Of a DNA stretch of 64,000 nucleotides, positions 52,157 to 64,000 are shown piece after piece (position 1 is the first letter of the stretch; each line of letters starts with the position of its first letter). The translations under genes and the position numbers were made by a program. Source of the DNA: Chara braunii (taxonomy: Eukaryota; Plantae; Charophyceae); NCBI GenBank assembly GCA_003427395.1, contig BFEA01000016.1:446949-510948 (forward strand), read 5' to 3'. Below the pieces are notes generated by a model, which ran no database searches, was not told the DNA's origin, and saw only the letters and a program-made list of their open reading frames with translations.

Positions 52157-54191
52157 ATGGAAGGGAGTTCCTTTGAGGAGATCACCGTGACGCCATCCAC
52201 CTCCCAGGTGAGCGTTCAGCCAGCGGGTCAGGGTCAGGCCCATGCGGACATGATGGACCTTCATGCCGCCCTCGTAGCGATCCAGGCACAACTTAGTACG
52301 CTTGGACCATTGCAAGCGCAAATCAATGCGCTTGCCCTTGACGTTAACCGCCTCAAGGGCTCTCCTCATCACTCTCCTCACCGCTCCCATACCCCATCCC
52401 CTACCGGCTCCGAGTCCGGCTCCCCACGACTCCCAGAGTCGGAGACATCGTGGTTCCCCCTCCTCTGCGGGCCAGACCCAACACTCCCCCGCAGCAGTGG
52501 CGAGTGCTGCTGCCGCTCAGACCACCCCATCTGTTGCGGCAGTTCTCCCGGCCACGGTCGCCCCTATCATCTCTACTACTGCCGTAGGTGCTGCGGTCCA
52601 GGTACCGCCTTATGGCCCAACAGTTTCATCGACCCACACCGGTGTTGCTTCCCAGTTTCCCGCACCGGTCGCGGCAATACGGCTCCGCCCTCTTCTTCCT
52701 GCCTTCGTCCCCCCGCCCCCACAACAGGGTACTGCCCAGGCTGGGATTCCTCCTCCCACTGGGAGACCCGCTTCGCCCCCTCCACCTCCGACCCCACGCA
52801 CCCAGCAAGTGGCCACTTTACATGCCACCATTGCGTAGGCTCAGGCGGAGATTCTCGCTCTGAGACAGTCTCACCCATCACAGGCTGCCCACCCTTCTTC
52901 CTTTACCACCCCTTCGGTCCCCATGATGCAGGCTCGTTTCCCTCGACCTGCTCCTCAGTCTCTTCCCTCCTACCTGGCTATTCCGGGACAGCTGCCCGCG
53001 ACCATCGCCTCCTCGTCTGCTCGTCCATCCGCCAGCGGCCACGGCCCACAGCCTTCCCCCACCTCTGCCCCTGCAGCGGCCTCGACTTACGCTGCCGTAG
53101 TGCACTCGCCTCGATCTCTCTCCCCCCGCCATCAACACAGTGGACATCCTCCTGTGCGCACCACGGACATCCCCGAGTATGATGGGACATCCCGCGTCTC
53201 TCGCTGGTTGCAGATAGCAACGCGCACGCTCTCTATGACGACCACCCATCAGGAGTTGTGGTGCGATGTGCTCGCAACCAAATTGCGAGGTAGCCCTTCC
53301 ACTGCGTGGGAGGATCATTATACCCAGCGCCTCCGCGTGGGTGAGGTCCCCACTCTGGCCGACTTCGCGGCCTTCCTTCAGGACCGTTTCGGCGCTCGTC
53401 ATGACGCCACCGACGCCTTAGACCGCGTCACCCAGACCAGATGGTCCGGGTCCTTTGTACCGACCGACCTGGAGCGTCACATCCGGGTGTTTCAGGACGC
53501 TCGCCTTGTTTGTGACGAGACGTTCCTACCGGAGGTCACACTCACCGACTGGTTCCTTGTCAGCCTGCCGACTGACTACCGCCTAGAGCTATGGAGGCGA
53601 TCATTCTCTTTCGCGGAGCAAGTATACGAGGCTGCGCGTCAGTACCAGAGGATGTGCAGTCGCTTCTCCGTCGCCCCATCCTCTTCGCGGCCAGCCGCCA
53701 CCTCCCAGTCTCGGGGTACCACCCGAGGTCGCTCCTCGTTTGCCGGTCGTTTTCGTCGCGCGGCTCGACGTGGAGCGCCATTCGCTCGACACTACAGTTC
53801 TCTCGAGTATGGAGAGGATGCCTCAGCCGAGCTCGATCCTACCATTGGGGACGCCCCCGAGGACATCGAGCTTCGGGACGTCATCCAGTACCACTTGGAT
53901 GACGACATTGTCCCAATGGCCGAGCGCCTGCAGATGGCCATGTCTGCCATGGGTCGTGCACGCAGTCGGGTTGCACAGGCTGGCGCCCGCACACCCACAG
54001 TTCCTCAGATAGACCTTCCGCAGGTTTTTGTCCCTCCTCGCAGAGCTCTATCCCTCGAGGAGCGTGCCGCCCTCGAGGCCCGACGAGGCTGCCTTCGTTG
54101 CCGTCAGGATGGACACACCTCCTCATGGTGTCCATACCACACCGCCCTCGATCGGTACTACGCTGACATTTCTCGTCAGCGCCGATCTTAG
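52157..54191 (+). pseudogene. gag: gag (one frameshift, one stop)
   Basis: IPEYDG..WL capsid-like region and the zinc knuckle CLRCRQDGHTSSWC. Confidence 0.8.
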
Positions 54192-54235
54192 TCCCCCCCC
54201 GGCCCCCCCCGGCCAGCCCCACCCAGCTAGCCACG

Positions 54236-57200
54236 GTGCAGTGTACCCCTGAGGCCTCGCACGTAGCCGACTTCCCGACCACGGAGTCGTGGTTTGCCCC
54301 TTTGGCTACCCCACCAGAGGACCCTCAGGATACGACAGACGCAGTTCTCTCTGCCCCGTCGTCTGTCGAGGTAATGTCTGCCTCCCCGCAGACCACCACA
54401 TCTAGCGCTTCTCCCCCGAGACTTCCGACGCGTCACGCCATTCGCACAACCCGTTGTAGCACCCAGCTGGCGACTCGCGATGATGTTGTGTCATCTCTCC
54501 TGGACTTGAGCATTCTGCAGGCTCGTCAGAAGCGACTCACGAGGCACGTTAACGTCTTGCGTCGTCTTCTCGCTCTGCTCTCTGATCCTGATCGCACCCT
54601 ACCCATTATCCCTATCCGCCTAGGGACATCTACAAGGGTGTATCGCGCTTTATGGGACTCCGGCTTGCAGGGAGATTTTGTTCACCCTCGAGTGGTTGAG
54701 GAAGCTCGCCTAGCTACCTCTGGGTCTCGCTCTCCTATCTCCGTTACCCTCGGAGATAACAAGACGCAGTGCTTCTTCGATCAGACGGTCCCCGACCTCC
54801 ACTTCTCCCTCACCCTCCAGCCATCGGATAGTACCAAGATGCCTAGGCACTACCATTCCTCCGCATACTTCGACGAGCTGGAGACTCGGTACGACTTTAT
54901 CCTTGGCACTCCCTGGTCTCGCTGGTTCCGCAGCACAGAGGCCGAATGGGCGACCGAGACACTCGTTCTCAAAACGAAGTGCGGCCAGACCCTTCGAGTC
55001 CCCTTCATTGGAACCACGGGTGACACCCCCCCAGACCTACCTCCCCAGGACCCTCGTCCCTCTGGGTCCCACCCAGACATCGCCTTCACTTCCCCTCGTC
55101 AGTTTGCTCACTTCATCCGACAGGAGGACGTCACATTCTACTAAGTGAACGTCATGAATCTTCTTCGCTATGATCCACTCTGTCCCGAGGTTGAGCTCAT
55201 CTCACTGGAGCCCGATCCCCCAGACCCTTCCTCCATCTTCGCGGCTCCCATCTCCACATCCACCCGTCAGCCCGCGGATACCCCCTCCACGTCCCAGGCC
55301 CCTGCGCTGCCGACCGTCGAGTCCACATATACGTCTCGTGCCGACGCAGACGCTGAGGAACTCACACGGTTCACGGCAGACTTAGAGCCCGCCGTTCGCG
55401 ACCTGATTCGAGAGTACCGCGACGTCTTTCCCCCGTACTTCTCATACAACGGGATTCCCCCGATGCGCAGTGTTGAGCATTCTATACAGCTCGTGCCTGA
55501 CTGTCGTGTTCACCATCAGGCACCGTACCGACTCTCGATTCCAGAGGCGACGGAACTCAAGCGTCAGCTTGAGGAACTCCTTCGACTGGGTTTCTTTAAA
55601 CCCAGTAACTCCCCTTGGGGTGCACCTGTCATCTTTGCATGCAAAGCGGACGAAACTCTTCGCCTCTGCATCGACTACCGCGGCCTTAACCGTTACACAG
55701 TTAAGAACAACTATCCCATGCCCCGGGCGGATGAGCTGTTTGACCGTCTGGCAGGCAACCGCTTCTTCACGAAGATCGATCTTCGTAGCGGTTACCACCA
55801 GATCCGCGTTGCCACAGAGGATCAGCCGAAGACCGCCTTTCGGTCGCGCTTCGGCCACTACGAGTTCACGGTGATGCCATTCGGCCTCACCAATGCCCTC
55901 GCCACCTTCCAGACGGCGATGAACGACATCTTCAGGGACATCCTTGAAGAATACGTTCTCGTACACCTGGATGACATCTTAGTCTACAGTCGTACCTTAG
56001 AAGACCATCTCAGACACCTCCGCGATGTCCTACAGCGCTTACGCAAGCATGGCTTCTATGCCAAGCTCGGTAAGTGCCGCTTTGCCCAGCGCAAAGTGGA
56101 CTTCCTAGGACACCATGTGTCTGACCAGGGTCTCCATATGGACGACGCGAAGATCACTGCTATTGCAGAGTGGCCCGTCCCCGCATCTGCCAAGCAGCTT
56201 CGCAGTTTCCTAGGCCTCACCAGCTACTATAGTAATTTTATCCAGGGATACGCTAGGTCTTCCTACGTCCTTACTTTTACCCTCATCCGGAAGAACCTGC
56301 CGTGGTTTTGGACACCCTTGTGCGAGGACGCCTTTCGCGGCCTCAAGAAGGTGGTGACCTGTGCGCCGGTTCTTCGCCTTCCCGATTTTGATCGTCCCTT
56401 TATCGTCACCACCGATGCGTCAGATTTTGCAGTAGGAGCTGTCCTTTCTCAGGTGTTTCCCTCTCCTCCAGATTCACCTTACCCCCATGTTCCTCCTTCC
56501 CCCCCCCCTCCTGCTGATACTGCTTCTCGACTGACGCCTACCCTCCCACCACTTCCCTCCACTGACCGTCCTCCTGTTACTTACTCCCTGACCATCGCGG
56601 AGGATGGGACTGTCGAGGCTCGTGCTGGGGATTGCCCGATCGCTTTCTACTCCCGTAAGCTACTGCCTGCCGAGATAAACTACACTGCCGATGAACGTGA
56701 GGTTCTCGCAGTAGTTTATGCTACCCGGCATTGGCGTCATTATCTACACGGGGCGCCCTTCACGGTGCGCACGGACAACTCAGTTGTCCAGGCTTTCCTC
56801 ACGAAGCCTAAGCTTTCCCCTCAACAGACACGCTGGTGGCGTGACTTATCCGAGTTCATTTTCACCACTCAGCCCATCAAGGGTGAAACGAACCGCGTCG
56901 CCGATGCCTTGTCCCGCCGTCCTGATCACAATCAGGAACCCATCCATCTTGCTGCCATCTCCATCACCACTGTTGATCAGTCGGTGATCGACGAGTATCG
57001 CACTCAGTACCGCCACTGCCCCGATTATCACGTCATCCACGCGACACTGCGGAGTGGCAAGACCGTTCCTTCCTACTCCCTCGGGAAGAACGACCTCGTG
57101 TACTGGCATGGCAGATCTGGTCAGCTAGAACCACGTATCTGCGTTCCCTCCACCGGACAGCTCCGCGTCCAGGCTGTAGCAGAGTTCCATGACCAGGCAG

Positions 57201-58366
57201 CTGCCGGTCATATGGGTTTCCACAAGACGTTGGCTCATGTTTGCCGCCTATACGTCTGGCCGAAGTCCAAGGACTTTGTCAAAGCCTACATCCAGTAGTG
57301 TCCTACCTGCCAGGAGGTGAACAGTGCGAACCACCTTCCGTATGGGTTACTTCAACCCCTACCCATACCTGAAGGTCGTTGGCAGTCCATCTCGATGGAT
57401 TTCATTGGTCCCCTTCGCCCACCCACTGAACGCGGTCATGATGCTATCTTGGTCGTCGTCGATCGCTTCACGAAGCGCGCACGTTTTGTCCCGTGCCGCT
57501 ATCGCATTAGCGCTCGTGAGGTCGCCGACATCGTCTTCGACCGAGTCGTGAGAGATCACGGCTTACCTCAGAGCATCATCTCCGATCGTGACCCGCGCTT
57601 TACCAGCACATTCTGGCGGCGCCTACACGAGGTGTACGGATCCCAGCTCCGCTTCTCATCGTCTTACCACTCTCAGACGGATGGTCAGACTGAGGTCACC
57701 AATAAAACTCTCGGTAATATCCTCCGAAAGTTTGTTAGGGATGACCAGCAATGAGACTTACACTTAGCCCATGCGGAGATTGCGTACAACCACGCTGTTT
57801 CTCAAGCCACGGGGATATCGCCATTCTATTGCGACCTCGACTACCACCGTCGCATGCCCGCGGATTTTCTATGACTATCGCGGTTGCGCCCAGACACTCG
57901 TTGCCCTGCGCTTGATGACTGGATCGCCCACATGGCGGCGATTATGAAGCGCGCACACGAGAGTTTAGCCGACTCCCAGACTCGCACGGCCGCACGAGCG
58001 AACCAATCACGAATGGATCATCCATTCAAAGTCGGTGACGATGTGCTAGTCGACGCACGCCACTTACAGCTCGAAGCAGATACGCTTCGCAAGTTCAGGC
58101 GTCGTTTTTTCGGTCCATGCCGCATCCTTCAGGCCGTCGGTTCTGATACTGCCGCTAGTCCGGTCAGCTTCCGTGTGACACTACCTGATTACCTTCGATA
58201 GGCTCGCGTACACGATGTTTACCACGTCTCCTTGCTGCGTCCTTATCGCAGACCGTCCGAGCACTTCGCCGGACGCCCTTATGAGCGCCCTCCACCTATC
58301 ATGGTGGACGGTCACGAGGAGTTCGTTGTTTCCGACATCGTATCACGCCGAGTTACCGACGATACC
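54236..58366 (+). pseudogene. pol: pol: protease, RT, RNase H, integrase, chromodomain start
   Basis: ALWDSG, LCIDYRGLN, HLDDILVY, TTDASDFAVGAVLSQ, H..GH..C..C, ISMDFI, SDRDPRFTS, FFGPC, EEFVVSDIV. One frame with stops at ~55142, 57296, 57752 and 58199. Confidence 0.93.
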
Positions 58367-58766
58367 NNNNNNNNNNNNNNNNNNNNNNNNNNNNNNNNNN
58401 NNNNNNNNNNNNNNNNNNNNNNNNNNNNNNNNNNNNNNNNNNNNNNNNNNNNNNNNNNNNNNNNNNNNNNNNNNNNNNNNNNNNNNNNNNNNNNNNNNNN
58501 NNNNNNNNNNNNNNNNNNNNNNNNNNNNNNNNNNNNNNNNNNNNNNNNNNNNNNNNNNNNNNNNNNNNNNNNNNNNNNNNNNNNNNNNNNNNNNNNNNNN
58601 NNNNNNNNNNNNNNNNNNNNNNNNNNNNNNNNNNNNNNNNNNNNNNNNNNNNNNNNNNNNNNNNNNNNNNNNNNNNNNNNNNNNNNNNNNNNNNNNNNNN
58701 NNNNNNNNNNNNNNNNNNNNNNNNNNNNNNNNNNNNNNNNNNNNNNNNNNNNNNNNNNNNNNNNNN
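58367..58766. other. Assembly gap
   Basis: Run of N. Confidence 1.
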
Positions 58767-60818
58767 TGAGGAGATTGCTGAGGACGAGCCCGCTCCCTCT
58801 GAGGCCGTTCCTCAGCCGCAGACGGTCGCCTCCGAGCGTCCACAGCGCACTCATCGTCGCCCTTCGCGTTANGATGANTGACACTNTTATCCTCTATCTT
58901 TCCCCTACTGACTCACACCATCAGGTACTCCATCATCAGCTTCTTCAGGATGTCAGCGTTTTGCGGCTCTGCTTCGACATCGACTCGATTGCTACTTCAT
59001 CAACGTCATCGACCACTTCGACGACTTCAGCCACCTCATTGGCTTCAGCTACTTTGGACGTGACTACTTCACGCCACCACCCTACCCTGTACATTCCCTT
59101 GCATCTGTCGCATGATGGTTCTCACTTAGCTGGGTCTCTTTGAGTTGGGCTCTTCCTTGGTATCGCATAGGCATTGGGACCGTAGCGTTATCTTGGCTTC
59201 CCTGCTCCCAGATCTAGCTTCTTCCTCCCCAGTCGGTGAGTTGTGTGCATGTTTCCCTCACCCACTGCCCTCATCACCCTAGTGTCAGCCCTTGCATGCC
59301 TTCAGTTAGGCATATCTCCACCTTATTTCAGACTCCCCCTTTTTTCATAGTCGACCCTGCATGGTGTCATCCTTTTGTCGAGCATTACCCGCCCTGATGG
59401 TCTATCTGTTAGGGTCTTTGGTTTTGTTTCGCTACCACTCTCCCACCTTGAGCCTGATGACCTATCCCACCTTCACGTGTGACTGCCCTTAGGAGTTTCG
59501 ATTCTTAGGCTGCATTCACCCCCTCTGAGACCATCCCACCCTTAGTGGTTCAACGACAGGACATTATCTTGTGCCATATTGCTCTTTTTCCTTTCAGCAC
59601 TGAGGCAATTGCCTCCAGGACTTTAGGATTGTATATTGCTACATTTCACTTTTTGCTATTAGCTAGGATATGGATACCAGACATTTGCTTTTCTTTTGAC
59701 ATTATGTAGCTTATGATGCATCGCATAGAGTCCGCATGGAGCTTGCTCCGCATCCTAGATATAACATGTTGTACAAAAATCTTTTTTTTTTTTTCTTCTT
59801 CTTAAGTTAAATACGTGAATTGTCATAAGGGAAAACAAGTTTGTGGGTACTAACTGCAGTCGAGTGTTGGACAAACAGAAACTCGATAACAATAATTGCC
59901 AAAAATGATAAAAATAAAATAAAGAAGTATTGGGTAAGTGCATCATTCGTTTTGTTCGTGTTCATTAAAAAATTGCGGTGTCGGCGCGAATACCCTTACA
60001 AGGGTATCCGCCTTGGTTTTTGCAGGTGACAGGAAGAATGAGTATGGTTGAAGTAAGCCGCGTGGGGCGCGACTGCATCCGAGGCCGCCTTGGCCTGGTA
60101 CGAGGCATGTGGGCGCGAAATTTTAAGGCGCGCGTGTGATTTTTCTGATTGAGTGGGCGGCCGGTGTAACCGATCGCCCCGGACCGTGTTACGGGCTGGT
60201 TAAGGAATGAAAGTTCGTTTTTGGTCGGCGCGCGAGACCGACGGTGGGACTGGCGCGCCGGTAGGCGCACGGGACGGCCACGGCGCAGGGTGGTAGGCCG
60301 GCGCAGACACTTAGGGGCCGTGGGTACAAGTGTGGGCTGAAAGAGTGGCCGGGGCGGTATCTTGGCCAGGAGCATCACACGGTACCACTTATATGGGGGG
60401 CCGCACCTGCTGGTACCAGGCTTGGGCTTAGCCTTATCGGTTACGACATTGGATTATTGTCGTGGAGGTGCGGGGATCGAGGTCGGTGGGCGACCGGGCA
60501 GGGGCAACGGAGCAGCGAAGAGTTGAGGGGTTGAGGGTCCCGCGGGACTATCCCTTTTAGTTTTGTTGGGGGAGTCCAATCGTGGGGCCGCCCCGCAGGA
60601 CCAAAGGAGCTTTGGCGGGGCAGCTGCCGGTTCTTCTTGTGACCGTGGCCCTATATATGTCCTTTCCTTTTTTTGAGTTCCTAAAGGCTGGTGATGAGGC
60701 CCAGATGACAGGGCCGAAGGGCAGGCCTGGAGTATTCGGGATTGCTGAGGGCCAGGGTGGACCCCGGGGATGTCCGGGTGGCCTTCGAAAAAATGCAAAG
60801 GGGGGCCACTACGGGTGA

Positions 60819-61875
60819 TTCCTTCGGGACACCCATTGAGGCTGAGGCTAAACAGAGAGGGCTCGTATGACCCTTATGTGGGGTGAGGCACGAAAGGTCC
60901 GGGGATGAACCCGGACGCGAGCCGGGCCAGATGCACGCGCGAGAGCAAGGGGGAGGCCGAATGGCCGTCGAAAGAGCCGCGGGGCATCGTCTCGGCCGAA
61001 GTACTTCGGCACATCCGTTAAAATTGGAATAATACAGAGAGGATTTGCAAGCCCCTCACGCGATGCTGACACGTATAAACCCCAAAGGAGGCGCTAAGTT
61101 CGTGCGCTGAAGTAGGGTGGGGTTGCATCTGTACGGAGTTGGGAAGCTGCGGGGCACTGCCCCAGCCTAAGTTCGTCGGGACATCCGTTAAAACTGGGGT
61201 GATACGGAGGAGGTCCGCCCGACTACTGTGCCTAAGGATGGCCTGTGCCAAAGTCCAGGAGTAAAACCGGACGTGGTCCGGGCTAGGGGCGTGCGAAAGG
61301 TGGCGAGAGGGGGTGAGCAGGCCGAGTGGCCTTTGGTGCCGTGGCAGGGAGGTTAGCGCATGGTCGCCATGCAAGGGTGATATCCCAGGGGCCTGGAATG
61401 AACCCGGAAGCGGGTTGCACCGGGGGTGTGTAAATAAGAAAGGGGGCGGGTCTGAACAGTTGCTGGAGTTAAGGTGGTAGGTACCTGAACCGGGGCTCGA
61501 AAGGAGGCCGGGTTCGTGCAGGGATAGCAGAACAAAAGGAGGAATTACTGCGAGAGGAATCGTTCGGGGAAAGTCTGTTACGCCGGGAAGATTAGCACGG
61601 CCCCTGCGCAAGGATGAAACATAAGGATTTGGAAAGAACCCAGACGCAGGTTGCACCGGGTAAATATAGATAAACGGGGAGGCGGGGCAGGCGGGGGGCG
61701 ATCAGATTATCCCGTGGTTGGGTCCTCCCGGCGGCTGCTCATGGCGGTAGTGGAGAGGGGCCAGTCGGCGCGAAGTCCTTCGGGACATCTGTTAAAATTG
61801 GAACGATGCAGAGAAGATTAGCCTGGCTCCTACGACCAGGCAGGGCATATAAATCTGGAGGGGAGCTCCGGTTTC
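60819..61875 (+). repeat. Tandem array of ~6 diverged U6 snRNA-derived units
   Basis: U6-alignable blocks at ~60819-60916, 61001-61100, 61171-61272, 61340-61410, 61580-61645 and 61775-61870. Confidence 0.85.
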
Positions 61876-64000
61876 TTTTGTTGTTACTTTCTTTTCCCTA
61901 TCGCGGTCGTTTTGTTGGAGACGAGAATCACCGGATCGGGCGCTGCCAGACAACCTGTTGAGCGGCTGCAGGGAAGCGCTGGGCGGGGTGCCGTTGACGT
62001 CAACGGGGTCGAGCGGAGAACGAAGGGGTGAACGGGATGGGAAGCTGCGGCAGGTGCACGCGGCGCAGCGGACTCGAAGGTGGCGGAGAGGCGAGGTCGG
62101 GGCGCAGTGAGGAGGGGGTATCTCTTGTGATACCTCACGGAATCGTACGGGGAAGGAGGTGAGATCGGGGGTTTCGAGGGTAGCGAGCGTGATTCCGAGG
62201 TCGGGTTTGGGAGAGAGAAAGTAGCAAGGAAAGTGGAAGTGAAGCACATGTGTGGAGTGATGGTGGAGAACAACGAAGAAAAAGGGGTGAAAAGGTGGTA
62301 GGCCAACTGTTGACCGTTTTTGACGACCCCGGATCTGTTCCGGCCGGATCCGTTCCGGGGGCTCTAGGCCAGGGCGAACGTGACTATGAAGCCAGATTTG
62401 GAGAAAAGTCGGTGAAACAGGGGAGTGAAATGACGTTGAAAAAGGGGGAAAGGAATTAGTGAGATGCCGATGTACCTAGTCGGTCACCGGTGGTAGGTTC
62501 TTTCGAGCTTGGTCGTCCTGCTTATCAAAAAGGGGGGGGGGGGGAGGTGCTGCGAAGTGGGTGGTGTACGCGGACCTACCCTGCAGGATGGCGAGAGATC
62601 CGCCCTCGCTCCGTTTGTCGAACCAGAAGCAGGCGGGGGCAGAGCTGGGACAGACGAGCGGACCTACCTGCTAAGACGTGTCAGGCCCCGTGCTGGTAAA
62701 GGGATTCGACTTTGCCTGTGCATCTTGTCCGACCAGGGGATTTAGTCGGACCACGCTCATCCGACGACAGTGATAGCCATGGTGACTGCGAAGGTATCGA
62801 TCCACGTACCGCTGATAAGATTGCTCCAGGGTTGAGGGGCGACAGGTTGAAGACGTAGGCTCGGAGTCAATGACCAAGCTTAGTTGGTCAAGCGCTCGAG
62901 TCGTGTTCGGAAGGTCTTGGGTTTAACCCCCACGACCCTCTTGGGCATCGACATGCTGTTTTCTAGCAAGGTGACAACAGGCTAGCTGCGGGAGCTGCCG
63001 ATCGGATTGTTAGCCAATGAGCTGACTGTCCTTTCGGCCTGCGCGATTATGGACTGTGGGCTGCGGACAGGAGGCTATGGACTGCAGACTGCGCACTACT
63101 GTGGACTGCGGGCCACTGTGTACCGCTGCTGCTACTGCTGATCTACATCGCTGTGTCCTGTTGCAAGGGCGGCCGCTGGGCACGCAGTCTTGCTGCCTTA
63201 TGTTACTGTGCACTATTGCTCGCTGTGTACTGACGCTGTGCTTGCAGACTAAGTGCGGGCAACGACTGTTGTAGACTGTTCGCGTTTACTGTTGACCGCC
63301 GCCGTGCACGACTGCGGCCTACGGCTGGCTGGGCACAAGTTACACGGTTGCTGTGGACTGCGCCCGGACTGCTGATTGCGGGCGACTATGACTCCGGTTG
63401 TTGACCATCGCCGGATACAGCTGCTGCCTGCCGTTAGTGTTGCGTGTTCCTGCATACTACCATAGGAGGTGGCTGGTTGTTACGGGCTGCGGTGGATGGA
63501 CGTAGGGGGGTGACCGGGCTGGAAGGGGGGGGGGGGGGTTATTGCTGCAGATTGGGGGGTCGTCAGGGGCGAGACATCAAGAGTTGATTCATAATTGACC
63601 GAGCTGTCACATTGGCTACCATTTGTGGGGCCCTCATGCGCTGAAGGATTGAAGACCCTCTCGAGCGAGTCTGAGTGTATCTTCCCTGAATCTGAGAGTC
63701 TCAAACCTCCTCTCCCTGCCCTTCTTACTCTAAGTCTGGTCCTTTGGTTTTGAGAGGAAGGCGGCAGGCGGGCTTGTGACCCGTGAGCCGCGCCAAGGCC
63801 TTTGTGGGAGGTTCGCCCCACCGATTGCGGGAGCTCTGCCGGGACTCAGGAGGAGTCCTGGAGGCAGGGAACTGAGTGGTGATTCCCGGACTCCCTCTAT
63901 AAACCCAGTTATAACCCCTACTTGTACACCGTTCTACGGTTGACTGAGCGTATGGTGTGAACCCTGTATTTGATTTTGGGTTGACTTTCGGGACATAAGT

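Larger units (their letters stand above)
49544..58366 (+). mobile_element. Ty3/gypsy chromovirus-type LTR retrotransposon, decayed, 3' end lost in gap
   Basis: 5' LTR, Met-i PBS, gag, then PR-RT-RH-IN-chromodomain order. Confidence 0.93.

Noticed and set aside
58767-59750. 3' LTR of the gypsy element
   Set aside because: No similarity to 49544-49887 was seen, so the 3' LTR and TSD cannot be established.
60688-60725. Hammerhead-like GTGATGA-GGCCC..GGGCC-GAAG upstream of the U6 array
   Set aside because: Core C3 and A15 are altered and no convincing stems I or III were found. Worth rechecking only if a family consensus restores them.
60819-61875. CRISPR-like repeat-spacer array
   Set aside because: Units are ~100-bp diverged U6 copies, the spacers are partly homologous to each other, and there are no cas genes in this eukaryotic context.

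Overview
Eukaryotic, repeat-rich draft-assembly DNA with microsatellites, N-gaps and a leftover Nextera mate-pair adapter. Plant-type U6, plant-mitochondrial fragments and the TE types suggest a streptophyte, possibly a Chara-like alga (inference). Host genes, both on the minus strand: a multi-exon RBBP5/RBL (COMPASS WD40) gene spanning about 5.5-26 kb with a very long basic C-terminal exon, and an RCC2-like RCC1-repeat gene whose core is intronless (33.1-34.4 kb). The RBBP5 introns hold a Ty3/gypsy RT remnant, dispersed repeats, a mosaic NUMT (atp1, tRNA pieces, rrnL, rps14) and a full-length U6 retrocopy with a target-site duplication. At 40.36-48.18 kb lies a TSD-bounded, partial-tandem Penelope-like retroelement with a gag-like ORF1, an N-terminal GIY-YIG plus RT ORF2, and two minimal hammerhead ribozymes. 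A decayed chromodomain Ty3/gypsy LTR element follows (49.5-58.4 kb). The least explained feature is a head-to-tail array of about six diverged U6 snRNA-derived units at 60.8-61.9 kb. All alignments were made by eye.
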